A stretch of DNA of 35,519 bases from Methylomarinum sp. (GCA_030641565.1 DAOWHF010000223.1:1-35519); one strand, 5' to 3'; shown: positions 20,204-35,478, numbered from the stretch's first letter. Notes: a model not told the origin generated them from the sequence alone. Made by a program: numbers and translations.

Positions 20204-22303
20204 TTATAAAACTTTATTAATAATAGCTTCCGCAATACTTGCAGGTGCTTCACTATATTTTTCAAACTGCATACTGTATGTTGCTCGCCCTTGTGTTGCG
20301 GAACGTAAATCAGTTGCATAACCAAACATTTCAGCCAACGGAACTTGACATTCTACAGTCGTTCCCGCCAGCGAATCATCCATCCCTAGCACAATTCCAC
20401 GACGCCTATTAATGTCGCCGACAACATCCCCCATATTGCCCTGGGGAGTCACCACTTCAACCTTCATAATAGGCTCAAGCAATACAGGATTTGCAGTTTT
20501 CGCTCCATCCCTGAAACCTATAGATCCCGCTATTTTGAAAGCCATCTCATTCGAATCGACATCATGATATGAACCATCGAACAAAGTAACCTTTACATCT
20601 ACAACTGGAAAGCCTGAGTACACTCCACTTTCCATCTGATCCTGAATTCCTTTATCAATTGCAGGAATATATTCCTTCGGTACAACATCACCCGCAATTT
20701 CATTTACAAATTCGTATCCTGAACCACGTTCCATTGGTTCCAGCCTTAAACAGACATGTCCATACTGCCCTTTTCCTGCAACAGCAGCATCCCGTACAAA
20801 TTTCCCTTCACACTCAACTGCTTTCGAAATAGTTTCACGATAAGACACTTGCGGATCACCCACATTTGCCTCAACCCCAAACTCTCTCTTCATTCTATCA
20901 ATTATTATTTCCAGATGCAGCTCCCCCATCCCGGAAATAATTGTCTGCCCTGACTCTTCATCAGCCCCAACTCTAAAAGAGGGATCTTCCTGCGCCAATT
21001 TCGCAAATGCTTGCGCCATTTTATCTTGATCGGCCAACGTCTTAGGCTCAACCGCAATAGAGATCACCGGCTCTGGGAAATCCATTTTCTCAAGTAAAAT
21101 TGAATTTTTAATATCACACAATGTATCACCTGTTGTGACATTCTTTAAACCTACTGCAGCAGCAATATCCCCTGCCCTGACTTCTTTAACTTCTTCCCTG
21201 CTATTCGAGTGCATCTGCACTATTCTTCCCACTCTCTCTTTTTTTCCTTTAATCGGATTGTATATTGTATCACCTGAAGTCAATACACCCGAATAAACTC
21301 TAAAAAAAGTTAGCGTACCCACAAATGGGTCCGTCGCAATTTTAAAAGCCAATGCAGAAAATGATTCAGCATCATCCGCTTTACGCTCTTCTTCAGCACC
21401 GGAATCAACCAACCCTTTAACAGGTAAAACATCCGTAGGTGCTGGCAAATAATCAATTACAGCATCGAGTAAATTCTGAACACCTTTATTCTTAAAGGCA
21501 GAACCACACAAAGCTGGCACAATTTCATTTGCCAAGACCAAGCTTCTCAACCCCGCCTTAATTTCTTCCTCTGACAACTCGCCCTCTTCAAGGTATTTCT
21601 CCATCAAGTCATCATTAGCATCAGCCGCAGCCTCAACCATCTTTTCTCGCCATTCCTCAGCCAGCGCAACCAAATCTTCCGGTATCGCCTTCTCTTCAAA
21701 GGCAACTGCTACATCGTCACCTTCCCAGAACAATGCCTTCATGGTAACGAGATCAACTACACCCTCAAAACTTTCTTCAGCACCAATCGGCAACTGAACT
21801 GGCACAGGCCGAGCATTCAAGCGCTGCTCAATTTGCTCGATGACCCGCAAAAAATCTGCACCAGATCGATCCATCTTATTAACAAATACAACTCTAGGAA
21901 CACCGTATTTATTCGCCTGCCGCCACACTGTTTCTGACTGTGGCTCAACCCCACCAACAGCACAAAAAACCGCGCAAGCACCATCTAAAACCCGCAACGA
22001 ACGCTCCACCTCAATGGTAAAGTCAACATGCCCCGGCGTATCAATAATATTGATACGATGCTGCGGGAACTGCTCTTTCATCCCACTCCAAAAGCATGTC
22101 GTTGCAGCAGAAGTGATTGTTATTCCACGCTCCTGCTCTTGCTCCATCCAATCCATTGTTGCCGCACCATCATGAACCTCCCCAATCTTATGAGAAACCC
22201 CAGTATAGTACAGTATCCTTTCGGTTGTGGTTGTCTTTCCGGCGTCAATATGCGCCATGATCCCTATATTTCTATAGCGATCAATTGATGTCTTTCGCCC
22301 CAC
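20204..22303 (-). CDS. fusA: Elongation factor G (str-operon copy), about 699 aa, non-ATG start
   Basis: ..[55 protein letters not shown].. is colinear with E. coli EF-G, and the gene lies between rpsG and tuf. A start at the GTG at 22303 (AAGG 6 nt upstream) gives the same N-terminal length as E. coli. The track ORF begins at the TTG at 22309. Confidence 0.93.
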   Translation of the reverse strand: MGRKTSIDRYRNIGIMAHIDAGKTTTTERILYYTGVSHKIGEVHDGAATMDWMEQEQERGITITSAATTCFWSGMKEQFPQHRINIIDTPGHVDFTIEVERSLRVLDGACAVFCAVGGVEPQSETVWRQANKYGVPRVVFVNKMDRSGADFLRVIEQIEQRLNARPVPVQLPIGAEESFEGVVDLVTMKALFWEGDDVAVAFEEKAIPEDLVALAEEWREKMVEAAADANDDLMEKYLEEGELSEEEIKAGLRSLVLANEIVPALCGSAFKNKGVQNLLDAVIDYLPAPTDVLPVKGLVDSGAEEERKADDAESFSALAFKIATDPFVGTLTFFRVYSGVLTSGDTIYNPIKGKKERVGRIVQMHSNSREEVKEVRAGDIAAAVGLKNVTTGDTLCDIKNSILLEKMDFPEPVISIAVEPKTLADQDKMAQAFAKLAQEDPSFRVGADEESGQTIISGMGELHLEIIIDRMKREFGVEANVGDPQVSYRETISKAVECEGKFVRDAAVAGKGQYGHVCLRLEPMERGSGYEFVNEIAGDVVPKEYIPAIDKGIQDQMESGVYSGFPVVDVKVTLFDGSYHDVDSNEMAFKIAGSIGFRDGAKTANPVLLEPIMKVEVVTPQGNMGDVVGDINRRRGIVLGMDDSLAGTTVECQVPLAEMFGYATDLRSATQGRATYSMQFEKYSEAPASIAEAIINKVL

Positions 22304-22327
22304 AACCAACCCTTATATATTTCTATC

Positions 22328-23184
<857 letters not shown>

Positions 23185-23310
23185 ATCTATTTACTCCGAT
23201 ATACAAAATTAATTGTCAGAAAAAACAAAAGAACCACTACACATTAAATGCATACCGGTTCTTCACTCGCTTTATCCCTGACCTAAGCTCTTAGCTCATG
23301 TGAGCCGTGT

Positions 23311-23340
23311 ATCTTACACTTCTTCATCTGCCCAGGTCAA
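23311..23340 (-). promoter_or_regulatory. Candidate sigma70 promoter for the str operon (TTGACC - 18 nt - TAAGAT)
   Basis: The minus strand reads ttcTTGACCtgggcagatgaagaagtgTAAGATacacgg. It lies between the rpoC stop (23355) and the rpsL start (23184). Motif match only. Confidence 0.4.
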
Positions 23341-23354
23341 GAACTTTGTTACTT

Positions 23355-27625
<4,271 letters not shown>

Positions 27626-27637
27626 CTACTGTTTGAG

Positions 27638-30600
27638 TTATTTTTGTTCTAACTCAATATTTACAGCCAATGAGCGTATTTCTTTAAGCAATACATTAAA
27701 TGATTCAGGCATACCTGCATCCATTGAGTGATTGCCATCAACAATATTTTTATACATTTTTGTACGACCATTTACATCATCTGATTTCACAGTCAACATT
27801 TCTTGCAATGTATATGCTGCACCATAAGCCTCGAGCGCCCAGACCTCCATTTCTCCAAAACGCTGGCCACCAAATTGTGCCTTACCACCTAGCGGCTGCT
27901 GAGTAACCAAACTATATGGTCCAGTTGAACGAGCATGCATCTTATCATCAACCAAATGATTCAATTTCAGCATATACATATAGCCGACAGTAACTTCACG
28001 CTCAAATGGTTCACCCGTCAAGCCATCATACAATCGTATTTGACCATGCTCAGGAAGATCAGCCAACTTCAACATATTTTTGATTTCAGCTTCAGTTGCC
28101 CCATCAAAAACAGGCGTTGCCATTGGCACACCCGCTACCAAGTTAGCAGCCATTCCCATGATCTCTTTATCCGAAAAGGAATCAAGGTCTTCTTGTCTAC
28201 CGCTACCATTATATATTTTATCTAAAAATCCACGTATTTCTTGAACTTTAGATTGAGCCTCTAACATTTTACCTATTTTAATTCCAAGACCTTTAGCAGC
28301 CCAGCCCAAATGTGTTTCTAGTACCTGCCCAACATTCATTCGAGATGGCACACCTAGTGGGTTCAATAAGATATCTACTGGATTTCCATCGGCAGTATAT
28401 GGCATATCTTCAACAGGAACAATTTGGGATATAACACCCTTATTACCATGACGACCCGCCATCTTGTCACCAGGCTGAATACGTTTTTTAACCGCCAAAT
28501 AAACTTTAACCATTTTCAAAACACCTGGAGCCAGATCATCCCCCATGGTGATTTTTGTACGCTTAGATTCAAATCGCTCATCAAAATCTTTACGTTGCTG
28601 CTCAATTTGTGCGGCAACAGATTCTAATTGAACATTAATATCTTCATTTTGTACTTTTAATTTTAGCCAATCAGATCTAGTCAACTCGTCTAGATGCTCT
28701 TTTGTCAGCTCTGTACCTTTCTTCAGAGCCCCCATACCAGCATCAGTCTTCTGACCAAGCAACATAAGAGCAACACGCTCAAAAATATCAGCTTCAACAA
28801 TTTTCAACTGATCATCTAAGTCTTTTTTATAGCGTTTGATTTCTGCTTCTTCAATTTCTAATGCTCGCTTATCTTTTGGCACGCCATCACGGGTAAAGAC
28901 TTGAACATCAATAACTGTTCCACGAATACTACCAGGCACTCTCAAAGAAGTATCTTTTACATCCGCTGCTTTTTCACCAAAGATTGCTCTTAGCAATTTT
29001 TCCTCAGGTGTCAGTTGGGTCTCACCTTTTGGCGTAACCTTACCAACGAGAATATCACCACCTTTAACTTCCGCACCAACGTAAACAATGCCTGATTCAT
29101 CTAATTTAGATAAAGCTTCTTCGCTTACATTTGGAATATCAGCTGTAATTTCTTCTGGACTATGCTTGGTTTCACGCGCAACACATGTTTTTTCTTCAAT
29201 GTGAATTGTAGTAAAACGGTCTTCTTTAACAACTCTTTCTGAAACGAGAATCGAATCCTCATAGTTGTAGCCATTCCAAGGCATAAAGGCAATTAGCATA
29301 TTTTGACCCAATGCTAATTCACCAATATCAGTCGATGGACCATCAGCAAGAATATCACCAGAATTTACTGTATCCCCAGGCATAACCAAGGGCTTTTGGT
29401 TAATACATGTGTTTTGGTTTGATCGTGTGTATTTAGTTAAATTATAAATATCTACACTAGGAACACCTTCAATGGTTTCAGCTTCATTAACCTTAACAAC
29501 CACTCTAGCCGCATCAACAGTTTCAATAACGCCACCACGCTTAGCAACAACTGCAACACCGGAATCTTTTGCTACTACTCGCTCCATACCAGTACCAACC
29601 AACGGCTTCTCAGCACGCAATGTTGGAACAGCTTGACGCTGCATGTTTGAACCCATTAGAGCTCTGTTCGCATCATCATGCTCTAAAAATGGAATAATAG
29701 ATGCCGCAACAGATACAATCTGTTTAGACGATACATCCATATATTGCACTTTATCAGATGTCGCTAATGTAAACTCGTCCTTATGACGCGCAGCAACCAA
29801 ACCTTCAACTAATCGACCATTTTCATCTATAGCAACACTCGATTGAGCAATTACAAAATCACCCTCTTCAATTGCAGATAAATAATCAACCTGATCAGTC
29901 ACCATACCGTCGTTTACTTTTCTATAAGGTGTTTCAAGAAAACCATAAGAATTTGTACGCGCATAGACAGACAAAGAGTTAATCAAACCAATATTTGGTC
30001 CCTCAGGTGTTTCAATAGGACAAACACGACCGTAATGCGTTGTATGTACATCTCGCACCTCAAAGCCCGCTCTTTCTCTCGCAAGACCACCCGGACCTAA
30101 TGCTGAAACCCTTCTTTTATGGGTAACCTGAGACAATGGATTGTTCTGATCCATAAATTGCGATAATTGGCTAGAACCAAAAAATTCTTTTACCGCAGCA
30201 GAAACAGGTTTTGCGTTAATTATTTCTTGCGGCATATAGCCTTCAGAATCAGCAAGTGTCAAGCGCTCTCTAACAGCCCTCTCAACCCTTACCAAACCAA
30301 CTCGGAATTGGTTTTCTATCATTTCACCCACTGAGCGAACACGCCTGTTCCCAAGATGGTCAATATCATCAACAGTACCATTACCATTTCTAATATCTAT
30401 CAATTCTTTTAATACATCAACAATGTCATCATTGCTTAGTACGCCTTCACCTTCCGACTCGTCCCGACCTAAACGACGATTAAATTTCATTCGTCCTACG
30501 GCTGACAAGTCATAACGATCTGATGTAAAAAATAAATTTGCAAATAAATTTTCAGCAGAATCTTTTGTAGGCGGCTCACCTGGTCGCATCATTCGGTAAA

Positions 30601-31714
30601 TTTCTACCAAAGCTTCCAATCTATTGGTAGATGAATCCAGCCTCATTGAATTAGATATGAAAGCACCTCGATCCAAATCATTAACATACAGCACTTCAAA
30701 ATCAGAAACACCGCCATCTACAATCTGTTGAAAAGACTCTTCGCTAATTTCATCATTAACGCTTGCAACTAATTCACCCGTTGATTCATCAATGATGTTA
30801 TGCGCTAATATTTTTCCGTACAAATACTCTTTAGGTACATCAATCTCAGTGACACCTAATTTGGTCATTTTCCTGATGTGCTTGGCAGTTACTCTACGCC
30901 CTTCCTCGACGAGAACCTCACCATCGTATTTAATATCAAATACTGCCATTTCCCCGCGTAAACGCTCAGGAATAACATGGAATTTGATACTATCAGCACT
31001 TAAGGTAAATTTATTCGTTTCGAAGAACATGCTGATCATTTCTTCGTTATCGTACCCTAAGGCTCTTAATAAAATCGTTGCTGGAATCTTGCGACGTCTA
31101 TCAATTCTGACAAACACAGCATCTTTATGATCAAATTCAAAATCCAACCATGAACCACGGTATGGTATTACTCTGGCGTTAAACAACAACTTACCAGACG
31201 AATGTGTTTTTCCTTTATCATGATCAAAGAAAACACCAGGTGATCTATGTAACTGAGAAACAATAACTCGCTCTGTACCATTAATTACAAAAGTACCATT
31301 ATCAGTCATTAGTGGAAGTTCACCCATGTAAACTTCTTGCTCTCTAATATCTTTAACAACCTTAGCTGAAACTGGGGCGTCTTTATCATAGATAACTAAA
31401 CGCACAAGCACACGCAATGGAGCTGCGAACGTAGCACCACGCTGCTGACACTCCCTTACATCAAAGGTTGGCTCACCTAATCTATACTTTACATATTCAA
31501 GAACTGCATAACCCGAGTGACTAACAATTGGAAATACACTGCCAAATGCGCCGTGTAAACCACGCTCCAATCTTTTTTTAGGCTCAATACCTGACTGTAA
31601 AAAACTGGCATACGAGTCAATTTGAGTGGCCAAAAGATAGGGAACTTCAAGTACTTCTGTACCTTTCCCAAAGTTATTACGAATACGCTTTTTTTCGGTA
31701 AAAGAATAGGTCAT
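27638..31714 (-). CDS. rpoB: DNA-directed RNA polymerase subunit beta, 1358 aa
   Basis: [17 protein letters not shown].., the rifampicin region [34 protein letters not shown], and C-terminus ..[17 protein letters not shown]. Confidence 0.98.
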   Translation of the reverse strand: MTYSFTEKKRIRNNFGKGTEVLEVPYLLATQIDSYASFLQSGIEPKKRLERGLHGAFGSVFPIVSHSGYAVLEYVKYRLGEPTFDVRECQQRGATFAAPLRVLVRLVIYDKDAPVSAKVVKDIREQEVYMGELPLMTDNGTFVINGTERVIVSQLHRSPGVFFDHDKGKTHSSGKLLFNARVIPYRGSWLDFEFDHKDAVFVRIDRRRKIPATILLRALGYDNEEMISMFFETNKFTLSADSIKFHVIPERLRGEMAVFDIKYDGEVLVEEGRRVTAKHIRKMTKLGVTEIDVPKEYLYGKILAHNIIDESTGELVASVNDEISEESFQQIVDGGVSDFEVLYVNDLDRGAFISNSMRLDSSTNRLEALVEIYRMMRPGEPPTKDSAENLFANLFFTSDRYDLSAVGRMKFNRRLGRDESEGEGVLSNDDIVDVLKELIDIRNGNGTVDDIDHLGNRRVRSVGEMIENQFRVGLVRVERAVRERLTLADSEGYMPQEIINAKPVSAAVKEFFGSSQLSQFMDQNNPLSQVTHKRRVSALGPGGLARERAGFEVRDVHTTHYGRVCPIETPEGPNIGLINSLSVYARTNSYGFLETPYRKVNDGMVTDQVDYLSAIEEGDFVIAQSSVAIDENGRLVEGLVAARHKDEFTLATSDKVQYMDVSSKQIVSVAASIIPFLEHDDANRALMGSNMQRQAVPTLRAEKPLVGTGMERVVAKDSGVAVVAKRGGVIETVDAARVVVKVNEAETIEGVPSVDIYNLTKYTRSNQNTCINQKPLVMPGDTVNSGDILADGPSTDIGELALGQNMLIAFMPWNGYNYEDSILVSERVVKEDRFTTIHIEEKTCVARETKHSPEEITADIPNVSEEALSKLDESGIVYVGAEVKGGDILVGKVTPKGETQLTPEEKLLRAIFGEKAADVKDTSLRVPGSIRGTVIDVQVFTRDGVPKDKRALEIEEAEIKRYKKDLDDQLKIVEADIFERVALMLLGQKTDAGMGALKKGTELTKEHLDELTRSDWLKLKVQNEDINVQLESVAAQIEQQRKDFDERFESKRTKITMGDDLAPGVLKMVKVYLAVKKRIQPGDKMAGRHGNKGVISQIVPVEDMPYTADGNPVDILLNPLGVPSRMNVGQVLETHLGWAAKGLGIKIGKMLEAQSKVQEIRGFLDKIYNGSGRQEDLDSFSDKEIMGMAANLVAGVPMATPVFDGATEAEIKNMLKLADLPEHGQIRLYDGLTGEPFEREVTVGYMYMLKLNHLVDDKMHARSTGPYSLVTQQPLGGKAQFGGQRFGEMEVWALEAYGAAYTLQEMLTVKSDDVNGRTKMYKNIVDGNHSMDAGMPESFNVLLKEIRSLAVNIELEQK

Positions 31715-31800
31715 ATTGCTTTCATACCTTCAATCAAGGATTGTTTAATATATGTTTGAATCAATATTAAGAACATTGATTCAAACAAGAGTTTCTGAAA

Positions 31801-31834
31801 CAGTAAAAGGCCGGCGACAAATATGTCACCAGCC
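31801..31834 (-). terminator. Weak intrinsic terminator / attenuator between rplL and rpoB
   Basis: The minus-strand RNA reads ggcuggugac-auauuu-gucgccggcc (10-bp stem with two G-U pairs) followed by uuuuacuguuu. Its position corresponds to the known partial terminator between rplL and rpoB in E. coli. Confidence 0.55.
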
Positions 31835-31916
31835 CTACCGTTCAAGACTTAGATGTGCTCGAACTAATTAAAACGTCTATTTCTTACACGCCTTCTAAAT
31901 CTTTCATCAATCAAGT

Positions 31917-32288
31917 TTATTTGACTTCAGCAGAAGCACCTGCTTCTTCAAGTACTTTAACTGTTTCTTCAGCGTCAGTTTTGCTCACGCCTTCTTTAAT
32001 TGCTGTTGGTGCACCTTCAACTGCTGCTTTCGCTTCTTTAAGGCCTAAACCTGTAATGCCGCGAACCGCTTTAATTACAGAAACTTTGTTAGCACCAAAT
32101 GATGTCATGATAACATCAAACTCAGTTTGTTCTGCACCAGCAGCAGCTTCGCCACCAGCAGCAGGAGCGGCCGCTGCAACTGCAGCTGTTACTCCAAATT
32201 TTTCTTCCATCGCAGAGATTAAATCAACGATTTCCATAACAGTCATGTTTGATACTGCTTCTAAAATGTCTTCTTGTGAGATTGCCAT
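31917..32288 (-). CDS. rplL: 50S ribosomal protein L7/L12
   Basis: [33 protein letters not shown].., Ala-rich hinge, C-terminus ..[11 protein letters not shown], 123 aa. Confidence 0.97.
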   Translation of the reverse strand: MAISQEDILEAVSNMTVMEIVDLISAMEEKFGVTAAVAAAAPAAGGEAAAGAEQTEFDVIMTSFGANKVSVIKAVRGITGLGLKEAKAAVEGAPTAIKEGVSKTDAEETVKVLEEAGASAEVK

Positions 32289-32333
32289 TTCTGATATTCC
32301 TCTAAAATAATAGGTTTTTACTGATTGTGAAGT

Positions 32334-32843
32334 TTATGCCGCTTCAACTTCTGATTCTTGCTTTTGGTCTCTAAGAGCAGCCAATGTACGAGCCAGTTTA
32401 CCAACTGGAGCTTTCATTACTGCCATAATCAAACTGATACCTTCGTCGCGTGTAGGCAAACTTGCCAAGCGCGCTAACTCAGAAACATCTAGTGATTGAC
32501 CATCAAATCCAATGACTTTAGGAACTAACTTGTCATTGCTTTTTGCAAAATCATTAATTAATCGCGCTGCTGCACCAGGTGCTTCCATTGAAAAAGCAAG
32601 AATCAAAGGACCTTTCAATCCATCTTGCATACATTCAAAGTCAGTTCCTGCTATAGCTCGTTTTGCCAAAGAGTTTTTAACCACTCTTAAGTAAACACCA
32701 GTATCTCTTGCTATATTACGCAATTCTGTTAATTCAGATACTGTCAGACCACGATATTCAGCTGCAACTGCAGATAATGCTTTTTGAGCATACTGAGCAA
32801 CTTCATCAACAACTACCTTTTTGCCATCTAGGTTTAATGCCAC
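32334..32843 (-). CDS. rplJ: 50S ribosomal protein L10, GTG start
   Basis: MALNLDGKKVVVDEVAQYA.., 169 aa. The GTG at 32843 has a GGAGG SD 6 nt upstream. Confidence 0.95.
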   Translation of the reverse strand: MALNLDGKKVVVDEVAQYAQKALSAVAAEYRGLTVSELTELRNIARDTGVYLRVVKNSLAKRAIAGTDFECMQDGLKGPLILAFSMEAPGAAARLINDFAKSNDKLVPKVIGFDGQSLDVSELARLASLPTRDEGISLIMAVMKAPVGKLARTLAALRDQKQESEVEAA

Positions 32844-33036
32844 AGATTACCTCCGGTAATTTATCCAGACTCTCGTCCGGATTAAACAAAACGCATTCTT
32901 TCGAATGCTCCTTACGGCTCCTTACCTATAACACCGGTAAAGCTTCCGCCTACGCTGGCTTATAGTAAAACTATAATTTATGCCATTAGCACCAACGGTC
33001 TTTGACGGTTGCCAAACCGGCAACCCAAAGTTTTCT
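32844..33036 (-). promoter_or_regulatory. rplJ (L10) leader region: 193-nt structured 5' UTR / inter-operon spacer
   Basis: An unusually long gap between rplA and rplJ, in the position of the L10(L12)4-responsive leader of enterobacteria. It contains several hairpins (ggttgcc/ggcaacc at 33014-33032; gcattc-gaaa-gaatgc at 32893-32908). The function is inferred from position only. Confidence 0.4.
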
Positions 33037-33732
33037 TTATACTTCTATAGTGCTTTGATCAATCCACAAACCAGGCCCCATTGTTGAAGAAATAACAATC
33101 TTCTTCAAATAGATACCTTTGGCAGAAGAAGGCTTAGCTTTCTTCAAATCTGAGATTAAAAATTCAAGATTCTGTTTAACAGATGCCTCATCAAATGACA
33201 CTTTACCTATTGAACAGTGAATGATTCCACCTTTATCTGTACGATAACGAACCTGACCAGATTTTGCATTTTTAACTGCTGTCGCAACATCTGGAGTTAC
33301 TGTTCCTACCTTAGGGTTTGGCATCAAACCTCTTGGGCCAAGAATTTGCCCCAACTGACCGACCACTCGCATTGCATCAGGTGATGCAATTACAACATCA
33401 AAATCCATTTGACCTTTTTTAACTTGATCAGCTAAATCGTCCATACCGATAACATCAGCACCGGCTTCTTTTGCTGCATCAGCATTAGGACCTTGCGTAA
33501 AAACAGCCACTCGAACTGTTTTACCTGTTCCGTTTGGCAATACAGAAGCACCACGTACGTTTTGATCAGATTTTCTTGAATCCACACCCAAAACAACACT
33601 TACATCAAGTGCCTCATCAAATTTTGAGTTAGCAAACTCTTTTAATATAGCAATGCTCTCAGATATTGAATATTGTTTGCTTTTATCAACTTTAGCTGCT
33701 AGTAACTTTGCTTTCTTAGATAACTTAGCCAT
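33037..33732 (-). CDS. rplA: 50S ribosomal protein L1
   Basis: [22 protein letters not shown].. and ..[14 protein letters not shown].., 231 aa. Confidence 0.97.
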   Translation of the reverse strand: MAKLSKKAKLLAAKVDKSKQYSISESIAILKEFANSKFDEALDVSVVLGVDSRKSDQNVRGASVLPNGTGKTVRVAVFTQGPNADAAKEAGADVIGMDDLADQVKKGQMDFDVVIASPDAMRVVGQLGQILGPRGLMPNPKVGTVTPDVATAVKNAKSGQVRYRTDKGGIIHCSIGKVSFDEASVKQNLEFLISDLKKAKPSSAKGIYLKKIVISSTMGPGLWIDQSTIEV

Positions 33733-34164
33733 TTACAAACCCTCCACATCCAGACCCATGCTACGTGCACTGCCTGCTATTATTTTTACTGCCGCATCCA
33801 TATCTGCCGCATTAAGATCTTGCATTTTTGTTGTTGCAATTTCTTCTAGCTGGGCGCGAGTTACAGTTCCAACTTTTGCAGTGTTAGGTGTACCACTACC
33901 TTTTTGAATACCAGCTGACTTCATTAACAATACTGATGCAGGGGGTGTTTTTGTAATAAAAGTAAAACTTCTATCACTATAAACGCTAATCACCACAGGA
34001 ATAGGAAGACCTTTTTCCATATCACCCGTTTTAGCATTAAAAGCTTTACAGAATTCCATGATGTTCACACCATGCTGTCCTAATGCAGGACCAACCGGTG
34101 GACTTGGATTCGCTTCACCCGCTTTTACCTGCAATTTAATATATGCTTGTATTTTTTTTGCCAT
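33733..34164 (-). CDS. rplK: 50S ribosomal protein L11
   Basis: [43 protein letters not shown].., 143 aa. Confidence 0.97.
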   Translation of the reverse strand: MAKKIQAYIKLQVKAGEANPSPPVGPALGQHGVNIMEFCKAFNAKTGDMEKGLPIPVVISVYSDRSFTFITKTPPASVLLMKSAGIQKGSGTPNTAKVGTVTRAQLEEIATTKMQDLNAADMDAAVKIIAGSARSMGLDVEGL

Positions 34165-34204
34165 TTTTCACTCCAGATGGGTACAAACGCATTTTCAGCT
34201 CCCC

Positions 34205-34244
34205 AAGAAACAAAAATCTCCATTCTAAAAAAGAACGGAGATTC
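34205..34244 (-). terminator. Terminator/attenuator-like hairpin between nusG and rplK
   Basis: The minus RNA has a 7-bp stem aaucucc / ggagauu with a 15-nt loop, followed by uuuuguuucuu. The stem is weak and the loop large, so it may only attenuate. Confidence 0.35.
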
Positions 34245-34265
34245 AATAAACTATTTTGTAATTAT

Positions 34266-34799
34266 TTAAAGCTTTTCTACTTGACCAAATTCCAATTCAA
34301 CAGGTGTAGAACGACCAAAAATTAAAACAGAAACCTTTAATCGACTTTTTTCGTAATTTACTTCTTCAATATTACCGTTAAAATCTTTAAACGGTCCATC
34401 AATAACTCTTAGTGTCTCACCAACCTCAAACAACACTTTAGGTCTTGGTTTATTAACACCTTCTTCGACACGATTCAGAATTGCATCCGCCTCTTTATCA
34501 GAAATTGGCGCTGGCCTATCTGAAGTTCCACCAATAAACCCTAGCACTCTTGGGATATTGCGCACCAAATGCCATGTTTCATCAGTCAATTCCATCTGAA
34601 CCAAAACGTATCCAGGAAAGAACTTTCTTTCACTTTTACGCTGCTGCCCCATACGCATTTCTACAACTTCTTCCGTAGGAACAAGAATCTTTCCAAAGCT
34701 ATCTTGCAAGCCTTCCAGCTCAATCTTTTCTTCTAAAGCTAATTTAACTTTATTCTCGAAATTTGAATATGCATGAACCACATACCAACGTAGAGCCAT
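34266..34799 (-). CDS. nusG: Transcription termination/antitermination factor NusG
   Basis: [18 protein letters not shown].. (NGN domain) and a C-terminal KOW domain (..[32 protein letters not shown]..), 177 aa. Confidence 0.97.
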   Translation of the reverse strand: MALRWYVVHAYSNFENKVKLALEEKIELEGLQDSFGKILVPTEEVVEMRMGQQRKSERKFFPGYVLVQMELTDETWHLVRNIPRVLGFIGGTSDRPAPISDKEADAILNRVEEGVNKPRPKVLFEVGETLRVIDGPFKDFNGNIEEVNYEKSRLKVSVLIFGRSTPVELEFGQVEKL

Positions 34800-34802
34800 T
34801 AG

Positions 34803-35186
34803 TTACACCTGACCAGTTAAATTACGGATACCCCAAAACAGGAACATATCCAAAAACCACAAAACCAAACCCACAATAAAAACCATCCCAAACACTAGCA
34901 AAGTTGTTCTTATTGTTTCTTCGCGACTCGGCCACACCACCTTCCTTACTTCTTGCTTTGATTCCAGCGCGAAGCCCCAAACGTTTTGACCTACGCTTGT
35001 TGTCAACATAATAGCCAAGGCAATCATTATGATCGCAACCAATGCCAGCACTCTATACAGCAATGCAAAGCCAGGCACATCGGCAAAATAATAAAAAGCG
35101 GCTATACCAGCCACCACAAATACAAGAGACAAACCTTGCTTTATAACATCAAAAACTTTTGATGTTTCTTCCGCCTGTGCATTCAT
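34803..35186 (-). CDS. secE: Preprotein translocase subunit SecE (three-TM form), 127 aa
   Basis: Three hydrophobic segments and the conserved ..KQEVRKVVWPSREETIRTTLLV.. motif. It lies immediately upstream of nusG. Confidence 0.93.
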   Translation of the reverse strand: MNAQAEETSKVFDVIKQGLSLVFVVAGIAAFYYFADVPGFALLYRVLALVAIIMIALAIMLTTSVGQNVWGFALESKQEVRKVVWPSREETIRTTLLVFGMVFIVGLVLWFLDMFLFWGIRNLTGQV

Positions 35187-35226
35187 TTATATACTTGGAA
35201 TTTAATTATTGAGTAATATTCTGAAC

Positions 35227-35302
35227 TGGCAGGCCAGGAGGGACTCGAACCCACAACCTGCGGTTTTGGAGACCGCTGCTCTACCAATTGAGCCACTGAC
35301 CT
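35227..35302 (-). tRNA. trpT: tRNA-Trp (anticodon CCA), 76 nt with encoded CCA end
   Basis: The reverse complement AGGTCAGTGGCTCAATTGGTAGAGCAGCGGTCTCCAAAACCGCAGGTTGTGGGTTCGAGTCCCTCCTGGCCTGCCA folds as a cloverleaf. It has the anticodon loop CTCCAAA, T-loop GGTTCGAGTCC and G73 discriminator. Confidence 0.93.
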
Positions 35303-35402
35303 AATTCAGAAAACCTAAAGAACCGAGAATTGTACTACAGAATAAAAAAGATCTCAAATAATCTTTTAACATAGATCCTCGAAACACACTTAAACAACAT
35401 CC

Positions 35403-35478
35403 TGGAGCTCATAACCGGATTTGAACCGGTGCCCTCTTCCTTACCAAGGCAGTGCTCTACCGCCTGAGCTATATGAGC
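35403..35478 (-). tRNA. thrT: tRNA-Thr (anticodon GGU), 76 nt with encoded CCA end
   Basis: The reverse complement GCTCATATAGCTCAGGCGGTAGAGCACTGCCTTGGTAAGGAAGAGGGCACCGGTTCAAATCCGGTTATGAGCTCCA is colinear with E. coli tRNA-Thr(GGU). There is one G-A mismatch in the anticodon stem. Confidence 0.9.

Noticed and set aside
20137-20325. 62-aa minus-strand ORF bridging the fusA end and the tuf start. Likewise 22264-22485, 5435-5635, 8769-8984 and 31489-31671
   Set aside because: These are out-of-frame overlaps with confidently identified genes on the same strand, and none has independent support.
31855-32310. 151-aa plus-strand ORF rich in Ala/Ser/Thr
   Set aside because: It is the antisense shadow of rplL, whose Ala-rich GC-biased codons keep the opposite frame open. 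The same reasoning applies to the other antisense ORFs in the track: 1323-1544, 1670-2110, 3791-4042, 4709-4903, 5635-5832, 6920-7141, 7630-7890, 8175-8357, 9085-9306, 9623-10144, 14401-14832, 18134-18316, 18906-19148, 19395-19842, 20756-20953, 21840-22288, 25502-25684, 26163-26402, 26689-27015, 27700-28627, 30792-31130, 32512-32965, 33653-33907 and 34143-34325.
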